Origin: Armatimonadota bacterium
Lineage (GTDB): Bacteria; Armatimonadota; UBA10988
Length of the DNA: 37,957 bases
NCBI GenBank assembly: GCA_016235455.1
Contig: JACRKZ010000039.1
Span: 1-37,957 of the forward strand
Direction: 5' to 3'
The notes under the pieces were generated by a model that was not told the origin of the DNA, searched no databases, and saw only the letters and a program-made list of their open reading frames with translations. The position numbers and the translations under genes are program-made. This document shows positions 6,724-16,062 of the stretch, piece by piece (the first letter of the stretch is position 1; every line of letters begins with the position of its first letter).

Positions 6724-8865
6724 ATGCCCGGTCTGCTATCGTCGTTGCTCACGCTCGCCCTGCTGGCGCCGCCCGACCCGGTCGCGGTCACGCGCTTCGA
6801 GCTGGTCGAACCCATGGCCCGCGCGCTGAGGCCCGCCGGCCTCGTGGCGCAGGTGGCCAACCGCGGTGCCGACACGCTGGACCTGGCCGTGGAGCTGACC
6901 GGCCCGGCCGAGCTGCGCATCGCCAAGCCCAGCACAACGGTCAGGATCGAGGCGCAGGACGAGGCTCGGCTGACGTTTGAGGTGACCGCCGACCAGCCCG
7001 GCACGCGACGGCTGACGCTGACCGTGCGCGCCGCTGGTCAGGTGGTGGCCAAGCGCGACCTCGACGTTCTGTTCCTCGCGCCGGTCGCGCAGCGCAAGCT
7101 GCCGTACATCTCCGCGCCCCAGCCGGTGCGGTCCAAGCTGCTGGTCGGCGCGCACCACTGCCCGCTGTGGGAAGCCGACAAGCCCGAGATGTGGAACCAG
7201 CTCCTGGTGCACCCCGAGCGCACGCCGGCACTGGGCTTCTATGACCAGGCCAACCCCGAGATCTCCGACTGGGAGACCAAGTGGGCCAGCGAGCATGGGG
7301 TCGACTTCTTCATCTACTGCTGGTATCGCACCAAGCAGGGCGGCCCCGTCGAGACGCGCTTCTCCAGCGCCATTGAGCAGGCGTTGCTGCGGTCGAAGTA
7401 CCAAAAGGACATGAAGTTCACCATCATGTGGGAGAACCAGTCCCGCGGCACCTCAGGCGTGGCGGATGAGAAGGACCTGTTCGACAACCTGCTGCCGTAC
7501 TGGATCGACAAGTATTTCAAGACCGAGAGCTACTTGAAGGTGGATGGCAAACCCGTGCTGTTCATCTATCGCCCCGAGTTTCTGGTCCAGGACCTGGGTG
7601 GCGAGGCGCAGGTGAGGGCGGCCTTCGACAAGATGCGCCAAGCCTGCCGGGCCGCGGGCTTCGCGGGCCTGACCCTCCTCGGCGAGTATCGCGGGCTCGA
7701 TGCCAACCACCTGCAGCTCATGAAGCGGCTGGGGCTGGACTACACCTTCGCCTACTGCTGGTACGTGGGCAACAACCCCACCCCGCAACAGGCCATCGAC
7801 GCGCAGATGGGCTACCTGCACAAGACCCAGGAACTGGGCATCCTGCCGCAGGTCGCCACCGTGTCGCAGGCCTGGTCGGGCTGGAGCGACGAGGGCACCA
7901 TCTGGAAGATCCCACCCAAGCAGTTCGGGGAACTGCTTGGGCAGGCCAAGGAGTTCGTCGGCACGCTGCCCAAGGATCAGCTTGGCAGCCAGATGCTGCT
8001 GCTCGACAACTGGAACGAGTGGGGTGAAGGGCACTACATCGCGCCGTACCGCGAGTACGGTTTTGGCTACCTCGATGCCGTGCGCGAGGTCATTGCGGGC
8101 GACACCCGTCCGCACGACGACCTGATCCCGCAGGATATCGGTCTCGGGCCGTATGACAAGGCGTACTGGGCCTGGCGCAACAAGGCCGACGAGCAGCGCA
8201 AACTGGGCAACCGGCGCGTCTTCAAGCCCGGCGCGCCGGCCGACGGGCTGGTCGGCTGGTGGGCGTTCGACGAGGCCGACGGCTCACCCGTCGCGCTGGA
8301 CTACAGCGGCAACCGTCTCGGGGCGAGCATCGAGAAGGCGTCGCGCGCGCCCGGCCGCGACGGCCGAGCGCTGGTCTGCGATGGCGGCTGGGCCGTGGTG
8401 CCGAGCAATGATCTGCTCAACATGGCCAAGGCGGTCAGCATCGAATGCTGGGTGAAGACGGACGTGGCCGGGCAGGGCAACACCTGGATGGTCAATCGCG
8501 TGCTGTCGGGCGGCACCGACACGGGCTACCGGCTGGGCATCCTGGACGGCAAGCCTTGCTTCGAGGTGCCGCAGACCAGCTTCAGCCATCACCTCAGCGC
8601 CGCCGAGCCGCTGCCCACCGGGCGCTGGGTGCATCTGGCCGGCACCTTCGACGGCCGGACCATGCGCATCTATATGGACGGCGTAGAGAAGGGCACCATG
8701 GACCGGCCCGGCCCTATCAAGCCCAGCAAGCTGCATCTGGTGCTCGGCAACTACGAGGTCAGCCACGCCGCCTACTTCCACGGCCTGCTGGACGAAGTGA
8801 AGCTCTGGAGCCGCGCGCTCAGCGCCGACGAGGTCAAGGCCCACGCGGCGGCGGCCGCCAAGTAG
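6724..8865 (+). CDS. Secreted glycoside hydrolase family 99-like (WbsX-like) protein with C-terminal LamG/ConA-like domain
   Basis: Signal peptide; TPALGFYD, GVDFFIYCWY, YLKVDGKPVLFIY, DNWNEWGEGHYIAP motifs; C-terminal GLVGWWAFDE...WVHLAGTFDG...IYMDG...GLLDEVKLWSRALS. Confidence 0.85.
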   Translation: MPGLLSSLLTLALLAPPDPVAVTRFELVEPMARALRPAGLVAQVANRGADTLDLAVELTGPAELRIAKPSTTVRIEAQDEARLTFEVTADQPGTRRLTLTVRAAGQVVAKRDLDVLFLAPVAQRKLPYISAPQPVRSKLLVGAHHCPLWEADKPEMWNQLLVHPERTPALGFYDQANPEISDWETKWASEHGVDFFIYCWYRTKQGGPVETRFSSAIEQALLRSKYQKDMKFTIMWENQSRGTSGVADEKDLFDNLLPYWIDKYFKTESYLKVDGKPVLFIYRPEFLVQDLGGEAQVRAAFDKMRQACRAAGFAGLTLLGEYRGLDANHLQLMKRLGLDYTFAYCWYVGNNPTPQQAIDAQMGYLHKTQELGILPQVATVSQAWSGWSDEGTIWKIPPKQFGELLGQAKEFVGTLPKDQLGSQMLLLDNWNEWGEGHYIAPYREYGFGYLDAVREVIAGDTRPHDDLIPQDIGLGPYDKAYWAWRNKADEQRKLGNRRVFKPGAPADGLVGWWAFDEADGSPVALDYSGNRLGASIEKASRAPGRDGRALVCDGGWAVVPSNDLLNMAKAVSIECWVKTDVAGQGNTWMVNRVLSGGTDTGYRLGILDGKPCFEVPQTSFSHHLSAAEPLPTGRWVHLAGTFDGRTMRIYMDGVEKGTMDRPGPIKPSKLHLVLGNYEVSHAAYFHGLLDEVKLWSRALSADEVKAHAAAAAK

Positions 8866-8866
8866 G

Positions 8867-8955
8867 GGCATCCGCAGATGACACAGATAGACGCAGATGG
8901 TCTGACGTTCAGTCCATCTGCGCTATCTGCGCTATCTGCGCTATCTGCGGATGCC
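8867..8955. repeat. Long imperfect inverted repeat built from 9-bp GCAGAT/ATCTGC units (REP-like element or bidirectional terminator)
   Basis: GGCATCCGCAGAT...GCAGATGG pairs with CCATCTGC(GCTATCTGC)3GGATGCC; fills the gap between two convergent stop codons. Confidence 0.75.
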
Positions 8956-8956
8956 G

Positions 8957-10012
8957 CTACACAGGGACGGCTTCGCCCGACCGTGCCGAGGCGTAGATGG
9001 CGTCGGTGATCTGTTGCATGACCAATGCGCGTTCGAGCGTGGTCTGGCAGGTGCCGCCTTCGCGGATGGCGCGTGCGAAGTCCTCGTGCAGCGCCTGGGT
9101 CACGTCCACGCCGACATCGTCGCCCTCCCACACCACGCGGCTGGTGGTGCCGGCCTGCGCATCCGAGGTGTCCAGCCGCAGCGACTTGCCCTTGCCGCCA
9201 TGGAGCCAGAGCGACAGGGAGCCGTGGCTGCCCAGGATCTGCCAGGCCTCATCAGTGGCCGCCGAGGCAAACTCGGCGCGCTCGAAGCTGATCATCTCGC
9301 CGCCGGCGCAGCGGATCAGGGAGATGTAGTGGTTGTCGGCATCGCTGCACGGGTCGACGCGCGCGGCCAGATGCTCGCCCAGCGGCCAGGTCTGCGCCAG
9401 CACGGTGCGCGGCTCCAAGCCCCAGCCGGCCACGCTCATCACGTAGTCCAGGTCGTAGCAGCCCCAGTTGACCAGGATGCCGCCGCCATTGAGCCCGTGG
9501 CTCACGCGCCAGGGCGGCGGTGGATTGGTCGGCGCGGCGCCAGCGGGCGTGATCGCGCGCGACCGCACCACGCGGATCTGGCCCAGCACGCCGCTGGCCA
9601 CGCACTCCATGGCCGCCTTGACCGACGGGTACATGACGTTGCGCGCCGAGCAGACGCCAGCCACCTTGTCGCCGCGCAAGGCGATCATCTCGCGCACCTG
9701 CCCGGCGTTCATGGCCACGGGCTTCTCGATGAGCACATGCCGACCCAGGCGCAGCGCCTCCAGCACCAGCGGCGTGCGCACGCCCGTGGGCAACGCGAAG
9801 ATCACGGCCTCAAGCCGGTCGTCACACAGCAACTCCTCGCCGCGCGCGTAGGTGGTGCTGATGCCGAGCCGCTGAGCGGCGTTGGTGCGACGTTCCTGGA
9901 TGAGGTCGGCGACAGCCAGACACTCGACCAGCGGCGAGGCCAGCGCCGCGGGCACGTGAGCCCCGCTGCCGATGACGCCACAGCCGATGATACCGATGCG
10001 GATGGGTTCCAT
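8957..10012 (-). CDS. Gfo/Idh/MocA family NAD(P)-dependent oxidoreductase
   Basis: IRIGIIGCGVIG Rossmann motif, GRHVLIEKPVA, GGGILVNWGCYDLD. Confidence 0.92.
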   Translation of the reverse strand: MEPIRIGIIGCGVIGSGAHVPAALASPLVECLAVADLIQERRTNAAQRLGISTTYARGEELLCDDRLEAVIFALPTGVRTPLVLEALRLGRHVLIEKPVAMNAGQVREMIALRGDKVAGVCSARNVMYPSVKAAMECVASGVLGQIRVVRSRAITPAGAAPTNPPPPWRVSHGLNGGGILVNWGCYDLDYVMSVAGWGLEPRTVLAQTWPLGEHLAARVDPCSDADNHYISLIRCAGGEMISFERAEFASAATDEAWQILGSHGSLSLWLHGGKGKSLRLDTSDAQAGTTSRVVWEGDDVGVDVTQALHEDFARAIREGGTCQTTLERALVMQQITDAIYASARSGEAVPV

Positions 10013-10051
10013 GGACCACTCCCGAACCGATCAGTTCGGGTCCGCTCCGCC

Positions 10052-10738
10052 CTAACCTGCCTGGACCATGCCCAGTTTGGCCAGCACCCGCTCGCTGTTC
10101 AGCTCGCGCAGCGCATCGCGCCCCACCCACCGGCCGGCGCCCGGCGGCCCGGCCATCAGGCGTTCGGCCAGCGCACAGGCCTCGCGGTGCAACTCGGCGC
10201 TGCATTTGCCCAGCTCGCGCAGGCACCAGTTGACCGCCTTCTTGACATAGTTGCGCGGGTCCTGGGCCTCGCAGGCCACCGCCTCCAGCAGTGGCCGCAG
10301 CTCATCCTCGGCCGCCTTGAGCCGATGGCACAGCACGGCGCCCAACACGAAACCGGCGCGCTTGACGAACTCCGTCTCGCGCGACGTCCAGTCGAGCGCG
10401 ACGGTCACCGCGTCGGGCAGGCGCCAGAGCAGGTTCTGGCAGCACTGGTCGCACACATCCCAGGAGTCGAACTCGGCCACCCAGGCCTCGGCCAGGTCGC
10501 GGTCGAGGCACTTGGGTTCGGCGATGATGCTGGCCAGAATCCGTGCTTCGTGTTGCCCGCTGGCCCACAGCGCCAAGGCCAGGTCCTGGTCGCGCCCGAT
10601 CTCGCGGCCCAGCGCGCGCAGCCACGTCACGCTGACGCCGGCGGCGTGCTCGACGTTGATGCCGAAGCGCGCCATACCCTCCCGGTTGTGCTCGTTGCCC
10701 GCGGCGGCGATACGGGCCACCACGTCGTCGGCGGTCAC
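10052..10738 (-). CDS. DNA alkylation repair protein (AlkD-like HEAT-repeat family)
   Basis: GTG start overlapping the upstream stop (GTGA); GMARFGI, LALALWASG.HEARILAS, FDSWDVCDQCC, EFVKRAGF, DPRNYVKKAVNWCLRELGK. Confidence 0.88.
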   Translation of the reverse strand: MTADDVVARIAAAGNEHNREGMARFGINVEHAAGVSVTWLRALGREIGRDQDLALALWASGQHEARILASIIAEPKCLDRDLAEAWVAEFDSWDVCDQCCQNLLWRLPDAVTVALDWTSRETEFVKRAGFVLGAVLCHRLKAAEDELRPLLEAVACEAQDPRNYVKKAVNWCLRELGKCSAELHREACALAERLMAGPPGAGRWVGRDALRELNSERVLAKLGMVQAG

Positions 10739-13041
10739 TTGCGGATCTCCACGCTGGCCTCGCCGCCGCCGCTGACCATCACGCGGTAGACCGACAGGTC
10801 GGTCGCGACGCCGGGCGCCACCGTGGGCAACCACGCCCTGGCTGCCCGCAATGGCGCGAGATGCGTCAGGATGGCCTCGTCGCTGATAGCGCCGCGATCC
10901 TCGAGCAGGCCGGCGCCCTTGGCCGACTTGGCGGGGTCGGGGTTGTCGCCCATGTTCTGCAGGTACTCCCAGCCCTTGGGCGCGGCCTCCTTGTTCGACG
11001 TGTTGATGTTGCATTCCAGCAGCCCGCCCTTGGCCGGTGGCGTGGCCTTGTTCAGCCACACCGTGTCGGCGCTGGTGCCCGGCTGGTAGACCCAGAACTG
11101 GCTCGCCAGCGCCATGACACTGGCGCGCGAGCCGTCCCCGCGCAGCTCGAAGCGACAGGTCTCCTGCGTGTCCACCGGCAGCAACAGGCAGGTGGCCAGC
11201 GTGAACAGCCCACTGAAACCGTCCGCGGCGACGGTCGGCTTGGTGGCCGACGTGGCATACGAGAAGCGCGTGGCATCGATGCTCAGCGTGCCGCGGTCGT
11301 TGAGCAGCAGGCCGGTCAGGGCGTCGGCGCTCTTCTCGTGGTAGACGGCGCGCACCACCAGCCTGCCGCCGCCGCGCACGTCGTATTGGCCTTGCGCTGA
11401 GCCGGTGGCGCCGGTGAACACGGAGACCTGGTTGCCGGCACGGTCGGACTGCGGCCCGCCCAGCACCTCCACCCAGCAGCCGCCGTTGCCACTGCCTTGC
11501 AGCGAGCGACACAGCACATCGCTCCGCTCCAGGCCAGAGACCCGTAGTGCGGCAGTCTTGGGGGTTCGCGGCTGGCCCGCGCCGTTGGTGTTGAGCTGGT
11601 CCAGGAAGACCCGCCCGCCGGCCTGGTCGGTGGCGTCCGCCAGCAGGCCACGGGCGTTGGGCGCGTGAATGTAGAAGTCGCGCAGCGTAGCCCGGCTGGG
11701 CCCGGCCAGGTGCAGCGCCAGCCCGTCGGCCGGCCCGGTCCAGTTGAGCCGCGTGCCGGTCTCACCGGCGCTGTCGCCGACCAGCTGCACGTCCAGTCCG
11801 GCCGGGATCTCGATCGTCTTGTCGATGCGGTAGTTGCCCATGGGCAGGTGCACCACCGGCCGTTGGCCCCGAAGCCGCTCCGCCTGCGCGATGGCATCGG
11901 CGATGGCCTGACCATTGGTGCCCGCGGCCACCTCGATCACCGGGCGGCCCCGGTTCGGCGGCGCGGCGGGCAGCACTGGCGGCTTGTCGTCGATGGCCTC
12001 CGGCGCGACGACCTTCTCCGCCACCTGCCGGAACCGGCCGCGCGTCTCGACGGCGTCGGCCGCGGAGTACTGATTGCCGCAGAACACCTGGTCGGCCCAG
12101 GTCATCCTGATGCCGCGGCCGGCGCCGGCCAGGCGTATCTGGTTGTCGACCACCAGGTACGGCCCGGCGTTATCCAGCAGCAGGGCGAACGGTCCGGTGC
12201 AGTCGATGACGCGGTTGCCCGTGATGCTGGTCGGCGAGCCCCAGCTATGGCCGCTGGAGAAGTCGAGGAAGCAACGCGAGCCACGACTGTAGTTGTTGGC
12301 CACAGAGAAGGCCATCAGGTTGACGATGCTGACATCGGCTATCTTGCTGCGCTCGAAGACGTTGCACCAGGCGTGCCAGTTGCCCATCTGGTTGTGGATG
12401 CCGCGCCCGCAGTCGACGAAGCGCGAGTACCACACCCAGATGTCCATCGAGTTCCAGTTGACCATCTGCACACCGATCTCGCACCGCTCGAACGAGCAGC
12501 GCAGCACAGCGTTTTCAGCCTGGCCCGCGCTGTCCGGCGCGCCAAACACAAGGCCCTGCTTCACGTCTCGAAAGCGCAGGTCGCTGGCCTCGTTGTACGT
12601 ACTGAAGGCCGGGCCGTACTGCAGGCCAACACCCGCCTGGCCGCCGCCGTCGAAGCTGATGCGGCTGATCTTCGAGTACCACATGTCCAGCGCGAACATG
12701 GTGCCGCCGGCCGGCCCGTCCCATCGGAGCGTGACCGTGGCGGGGTCGGCGCCGATGATGCCGATGCCCTGGCAGTCGGTGTGCGCCTTGCGCTGGGTCC
12801 TGACGCCCGAGGCCAGCCGATAGTTGCCCGGCGGCAGATAGAGCACACACGACTTCTCGTGGCCGGTCAGCTCGTCGAGCGCCTTCTGCAGCGCCGGCGC
12901 GTCGTCGGCCCGGCCATCACCCACCGCGCCGAAGTCGCGCTTGAGGTCGCGCCAACTGGGGAACGGACCCACGAACTCCTCCTCGGCACCGCGGACGGGC
13001 ACCACCAGACACAGCACCAGCAGCAGCCAGATACAGCGCAT
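10735..13041 (-). CDS. Secreted pectate lyase superfamily (Pectate_lyase_3 / GH55-like) protein with two beta-helix domains
   Basis: Signal peptide MRCIWLLLVLCLVVPVRG after a GGGAGA RBS; DFGAVGDGRADDAPALQKAL...VLYLPPGNYRL and a second copy AIADAIAQA...VVHLPMGNYRIDKTIEIP. Confidence 0.8.
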   Translation of the reverse strand: MRCIWLLLVLCLVVPVRGAEEEFVGPFPSWRDLKRDFGAVGDGRADDAPALQKALDELTGHEKSCVLYLPPGNYRLASGVRTQRKAHTDCQGIGIIGADPATVTLRWDGPAGGTMFALDMWYSKISRISFDGGGQAGVGLQYGPAFSTYNEASDLRFRDVKQGLVFGAPDSAGQAENAVLRCSFERCEIGVQMVNWNSMDIWVWYSRFVDCGRGIHNQMGNWHAWCNVFERSKIADVSIVNLMAFSVANNYSRGSRCFLDFSSGHSWGSPTSITGNRVIDCTGPFALLLDNAGPYLVVDNQIRLAGAGRGIRMTWADQVFCGNQYSAADAVETRGRFRQVAEKVVAPEAIDDKPPVLPAAPPNRGRPVIEVAAGTNGQAIADAIAQAERLRGQRPVVHLPMGNYRIDKTIEIPAGLDVQLVGDSAGETGTRLNWTGPADGLALHLAGPSRATLRDFYIHAPNARGLLADATDQAGGRVFLDQLNTNGAGQPRTPKTAALRVSGLERSDVLCRSLQGSGNGGCWVEVLGGPQSDRAGNQVSVFTGATGSAQGQYDVRGGGRLVVRAVYHEKSADALTGLLLNDRGTLSIDATRFSYATSATKPTVAADGFSGLFTLATCLLLPVDTQETCRFELRGDGSRASVMALASQFWVYQPGTSADTVWLNKATPPAKGGLLECNINTSNKEAAPKGWEYLQNMGDNPDPAKSAKGAGLLEDRGAISDEAILTHLAPLRAARAWLPTVAPGVATDLSVYRVMVSGGGEASVEIRK

Positions 13042-13175
13042 GATCGGTCTCCCGCCGATCAGTTGCGTGCCGTTGGCGCCATTCCTTCGCGGCGAGGACA
13101 AGCGGCAGCGCACGCTACATGAACGGAATCGGCAAGCGCGCTGTGGCATCATGTGGGCGACTGGAGCGAACCGAC

Positions 13176-14705
13176 ATGCAGCCAGCAGGCCACGGACGCG
13201 CGAGCCGCCGCGAGTTCCTGGCGGCCGGCGCCGCCGCCCTTGCCGCAGCGCGAACCAGCGCGCAGCCCACCGAGGCCCAGCCCATGACCCGACCCAACCT
13301 CGTCTTCGTGATGGCCGACCAGTTGCGCCGGGCCTCGTGTGGCTACGCTGGCGACCGCTTGGCGCACACGCCCAACATCGACCGACTGGCGCGCGAGTCC
13401 GTCGATTTCCGCCAGTGCGTGTCGTCCATGCCGGTCTGCTCGGCCTTTCGCGCCAGCCTGTTCACGGGCAAGTACACCACGTCCACCGGCATGGTCATCA
13501 ACGAGTTGCGCATGAACCCGAACCATCGCTGTCTGGGCCACGTGCTGACCGACGGCGGCTACGACACGAGCTACATCGGCAAGTGGCATCTGTGGGCCAA
13601 CCAACTGGGCAACCACGCCGATCCGCGCAACTCGTTCGTGCCGCGCGGGCCGCACCGGCTCGGCTTCGATGGCTACTGGGCGGCCTACAACTTCCGCCAC
13701 GAGTACTACGCTCCGGCCGCCTACTACCACACGGAGTCCCCCGAGAAGATCACCTACCCCGCCAGTGTCTATGAGCCCGATGCCCAGACCGACCTGGCCA
13801 TCGAGCGGCTCCGGGCCCACCGGGCCGCCGACAAGCCGTTTGCCATGGTGCTCAGCTATGGCACGCCGCACGACCCGTGGACCCGGAACAACGTCCCCGC
13901 CGAATGGCTGAAGCGCTTCGCCGACGTCGACTTCCCGCCGGCCGAGACCTATCGCGACGAGCCCGACACGCCGTATGGCGATGCCTGGAGCAACGAGCCG
14001 AAGACCGCGGCCAAGGTGCGCGAGTGGAAGCGCGTCTACTACGCCATGACCGCCAACCTGGACTGGAACCTGGGCCGGCTGGACGCGGCGCTGGGTGAGC
14101 TGGGCCTGCGGGACAACACCATCATGGTCTTCACCAGCGACCACGGCGAGATGTTCGGGGCGCATGGCCGCATGAAGAAGAACATCTTCTACGAGGAAGC
14201 CGCGCGTATCCCGTTCCTACTGCGCTGGCCGGCGCGAGCTGCGTCTCGCGTTGTTGACACCTGCTTCTCGAATGTGGACATGATGCCGACCTTGCTGGGC
14301 CTGGCCGGCCTGCCGGTGCCCGCCGCGGTGGAGGGCATGGACCTGAGCCACGTGGCGCTCGGCCAGCCGGGGCCGGAGCCCGAGGTGGCCTTCCTGCAGA
14401 ACACGGGCGCCTGTGCCAGTTGGGAAGACGGTCACGAGTGGCGAGCGGTGCGTGACCGGCGCTACACCTATGCCATCTACCGCGTCGATCGCTCGGAGCT
14501 GCTGTTTGACAACGTGGCCGACCCCACGCAGAGCCACAACCTGGCGAGCGACCCCGCGCACCAGGCGACGCTGGAGCGGTTGCGCGCGCAACTCGCCGGG
14601 CAGATGGCGCGGGTACAGGACACGTTCCCGGCTAGCTCGTGGTATCGCGAGCACTGGATCTCTGGCGACCGGCTGATCCTGCGGACGGCGACGCTGGCCG
14701 ACTGA
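13176..14705 (+). CDS. Tat-exported formylglycine-dependent sulfatase
   Basis: Twin-arginine signal SRREFLAAGAAALAAA; PNLVFVMADQLR; CSAFRASLFTG (CxxxR); GKWHL; FTSDHGEM; GGAG RBS. Confidence 0.93.
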   Translation: MQPAGHGRASRREFLAAGAAALAAARTSAQPTEAQPMTRPNLVFVMADQLRRASCGYAGDRLAHTPNIDRLARESVDFRQCVSSMPVCSAFRASLFTGKYTTSTGMVINELRMNPNHRCLGHVLTDGGYDTSYIGKWHLWANQLGNHADPRNSFVPRGPHRLGFDGYWAAYNFRHEYYAPAAYYHTESPEKITYPASVYEPDAQTDLAIERLRAHRAADKPFAMVLSYGTPHDPWTRNNVPAEWLKRFADVDFPPAETYRDEPDTPYGDAWSNEPKTAAKVREWKRVYYAMTANLDWNLGRLDAALGELGLRDNTIMVFTSDHGEMFGAHGRMKKNIFYEEAARIPFLLRWPARAASRVVDTCFSNVDMMPTLLGLAGLPVPAAVEGMDLSHVALGQPGPEPEVAFLQNTGACASWEDGHEWRAVRDRRYTYAIYRVDRSELLFDNVADPTQSHNLASDPAHQATLERLRAQLAGQMARVQDTFPASSWYREHWISGDRLILRTATLAD

Positions 14706-14757
14706 GCTGCATGCAGAGCGGCATGGCATCGTTTGCCCGAGCTTGCCGCGCCGGGCC

Positions 14758-14786
14758 TTGACCCCGGCCCCGCCGTGCGCTAGGGT
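14758..14786 (+). promoter_or_regulatory. Putative sigma70 promoter for the URO-D-like gene
   Basis: TTGACC-N17-TAGGGT, 32 nt upstream of ATG 14819. Confidence 0.5.
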
Positions 14787-14818
14787 TCGCCCAGTACGTG
14801 CCGAGGGGAGCGCCGCAC

Positions 14819-16051
14819 ATGGCCCACCGTGACATCGCCGTTCTGCGTGAACTCGCCAAGCAGTGGATGGACTGGGCGCATCGGCCCGAGATGGCCGAGC
14901 GACGGCGCGCCTGGACCGCGCTCAAGGACCTGCGCGCCGAACGGCCCATGGTGCTGTTCGAGACGGGCACGCTGGAGGACTTCCTCGTCGACCAGCCCAT
15001 CGTCTGCGAGGACCCGCTCTACCGCTCGGTTGAATGGGCCATGCGCTGGGACCTGCGCCATGCCGCCGAGCTCGGCGACGACATTGTCATCGAGCCCGTC
15101 TGGCGCACCGGGTGGGATGTGCAAGGCGGCGGCTATGGCGTCGACATCCGCGCCACGCACGCCCAGGATGGCAGCGGGCACAGTCACGGCTACCACTTCA
15201 ACCATCCCATCCGCACACCCGACGACCTGGGGCAGTTGGTCAAGCGCGCCTGGTCGGTCGACCGCGATACCAGCCAGAAGCGCTTCGAGCGGCTGTCCGA
15301 GGCGTTTGGCGATATCCTGCCCGTGGTGCTGCATGGCACGCGCAGTCTGCACGCCGGGCTGACCTCGGACCTGTTCCGCCTGATCGGCAACGAGAACCTG
15401 CTCATGTGGCCGTTCGACCAGCCCGACGCGCTGCATGCGCTGATGGGCTACCTGCGCGACGACCGGCTGGCCTGGTTCGACTTCATGGAGCGCGAGGGGC
15501 TGTTGGGCCTGAACAACGACTACTGCCTCGTGGGCTCGGGCAGCCCCGGCTATGTCAGCGCGTTGCCGGCCGCGGGCTATGCCGGCCAGGCGCGGTTGCG
15601 TGACTTGTGGATCTGGATGGAATCGCAAGAGACCACCATGGTCTCGCCTGACATGTTCGCCGAGTTCTTCCTGCCTGCCATGGCCGCCGTGGCCAAGGCC
15701 TTTGGCCTCGTCTACTACGGCTGCTGCGAACCGGTGCACGACCGTTGGCAGCACATCCACCGCGAGATCCCCCATGTACGCGCCTGCTCCGTCTCGCCCT
15801 GGTGCGACCAGCCGGCCTTCGCCGAGATGATCGGCCAGTCGGTGGTGTTCTCCCGCAAGCCCAAGCCCGCGCCCATGACCGGGCCGACAGCGCACTGGGA
15901 CGAACTCGAGGCCGACCTGGACTCGACGCTCGCCGCGGCCGCTGGCTGCAATCTCGAAATCGTCTTCCGCGACGTGTACCGCATCTCCGGCGACCGGCCC
16001 CGGCTGGCCCGCTGGGTGCAGATGGTGCGCTCGCGCATCGGCGGTCGCTGA
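14819..16051 (+). CDS. Uroporphyrinogen decarboxylase-like (URO-D/MtaA-CmuA superfamily) protein
   Basis: GAGGGGAG RBS; ENLLMWPFDQPDALHALM, SQETTMVSPDMFAEFFLP, YYGCCEPVH, SVSPW, FSRKPKP motifs. Confidence 0.7.
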   Translation: MAHRDIAVLRELAKQWMDWAHRPEMAERRRAWTALKDLRAERPMVLFETGTLEDFLVDQPIVCEDPLYRSVEWAMRWDLRHAAELGDDIVIEPVWRTGWDVQGGGYGVDIRATHAQDGSGHSHGYHFNHPIRTPDDLGQLVKRAWSVDRDTSQKRFERLSEAFGDILPVVLHGTRSLHAGLTSDLFRLIGNENLLMWPFDQPDALHALMGYLRDDRLAWFDFMEREGLLGLNNDYCLVGSGSPGYVSALPAAGYAGQARLRDLWIWMESQETTMVSPDMFAEFFLPAMAAVAKAFGLVYYGCCEPVHDRWQHIHREIPHVRACSVSPWCDQPAFAEMIGQSVVFSRKPKPAPMTGPTAHWDELEADLDSTLAAAAGCNLEIVFRDVYRISGDRPRLARWVQMVRSRIGGR

Positions 16052-16062
16052 AAGGGATGACC

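Noticed and set aside
8907-8950. 9-bp tandem repeat as a coding VNTR (ICAICAIC / SADSADSAD peptides)
   Set aside because: The ORFs spanning it overlap real genes; the repeat is better explained as one arm of an intergenic hairpin
10739-11512. N-terminal extension of the AlkD-like ORF
   Set aside because: It overlaps the beta-helix gene out of frame; homology-like motifs begin at GTG 10738
8951-13122. Plus-strand ORFs 8951..10789 and 11665..13122
   Set aside because: Antisense shadows of well-supported minus-strand genes, typical of high-GC DNA
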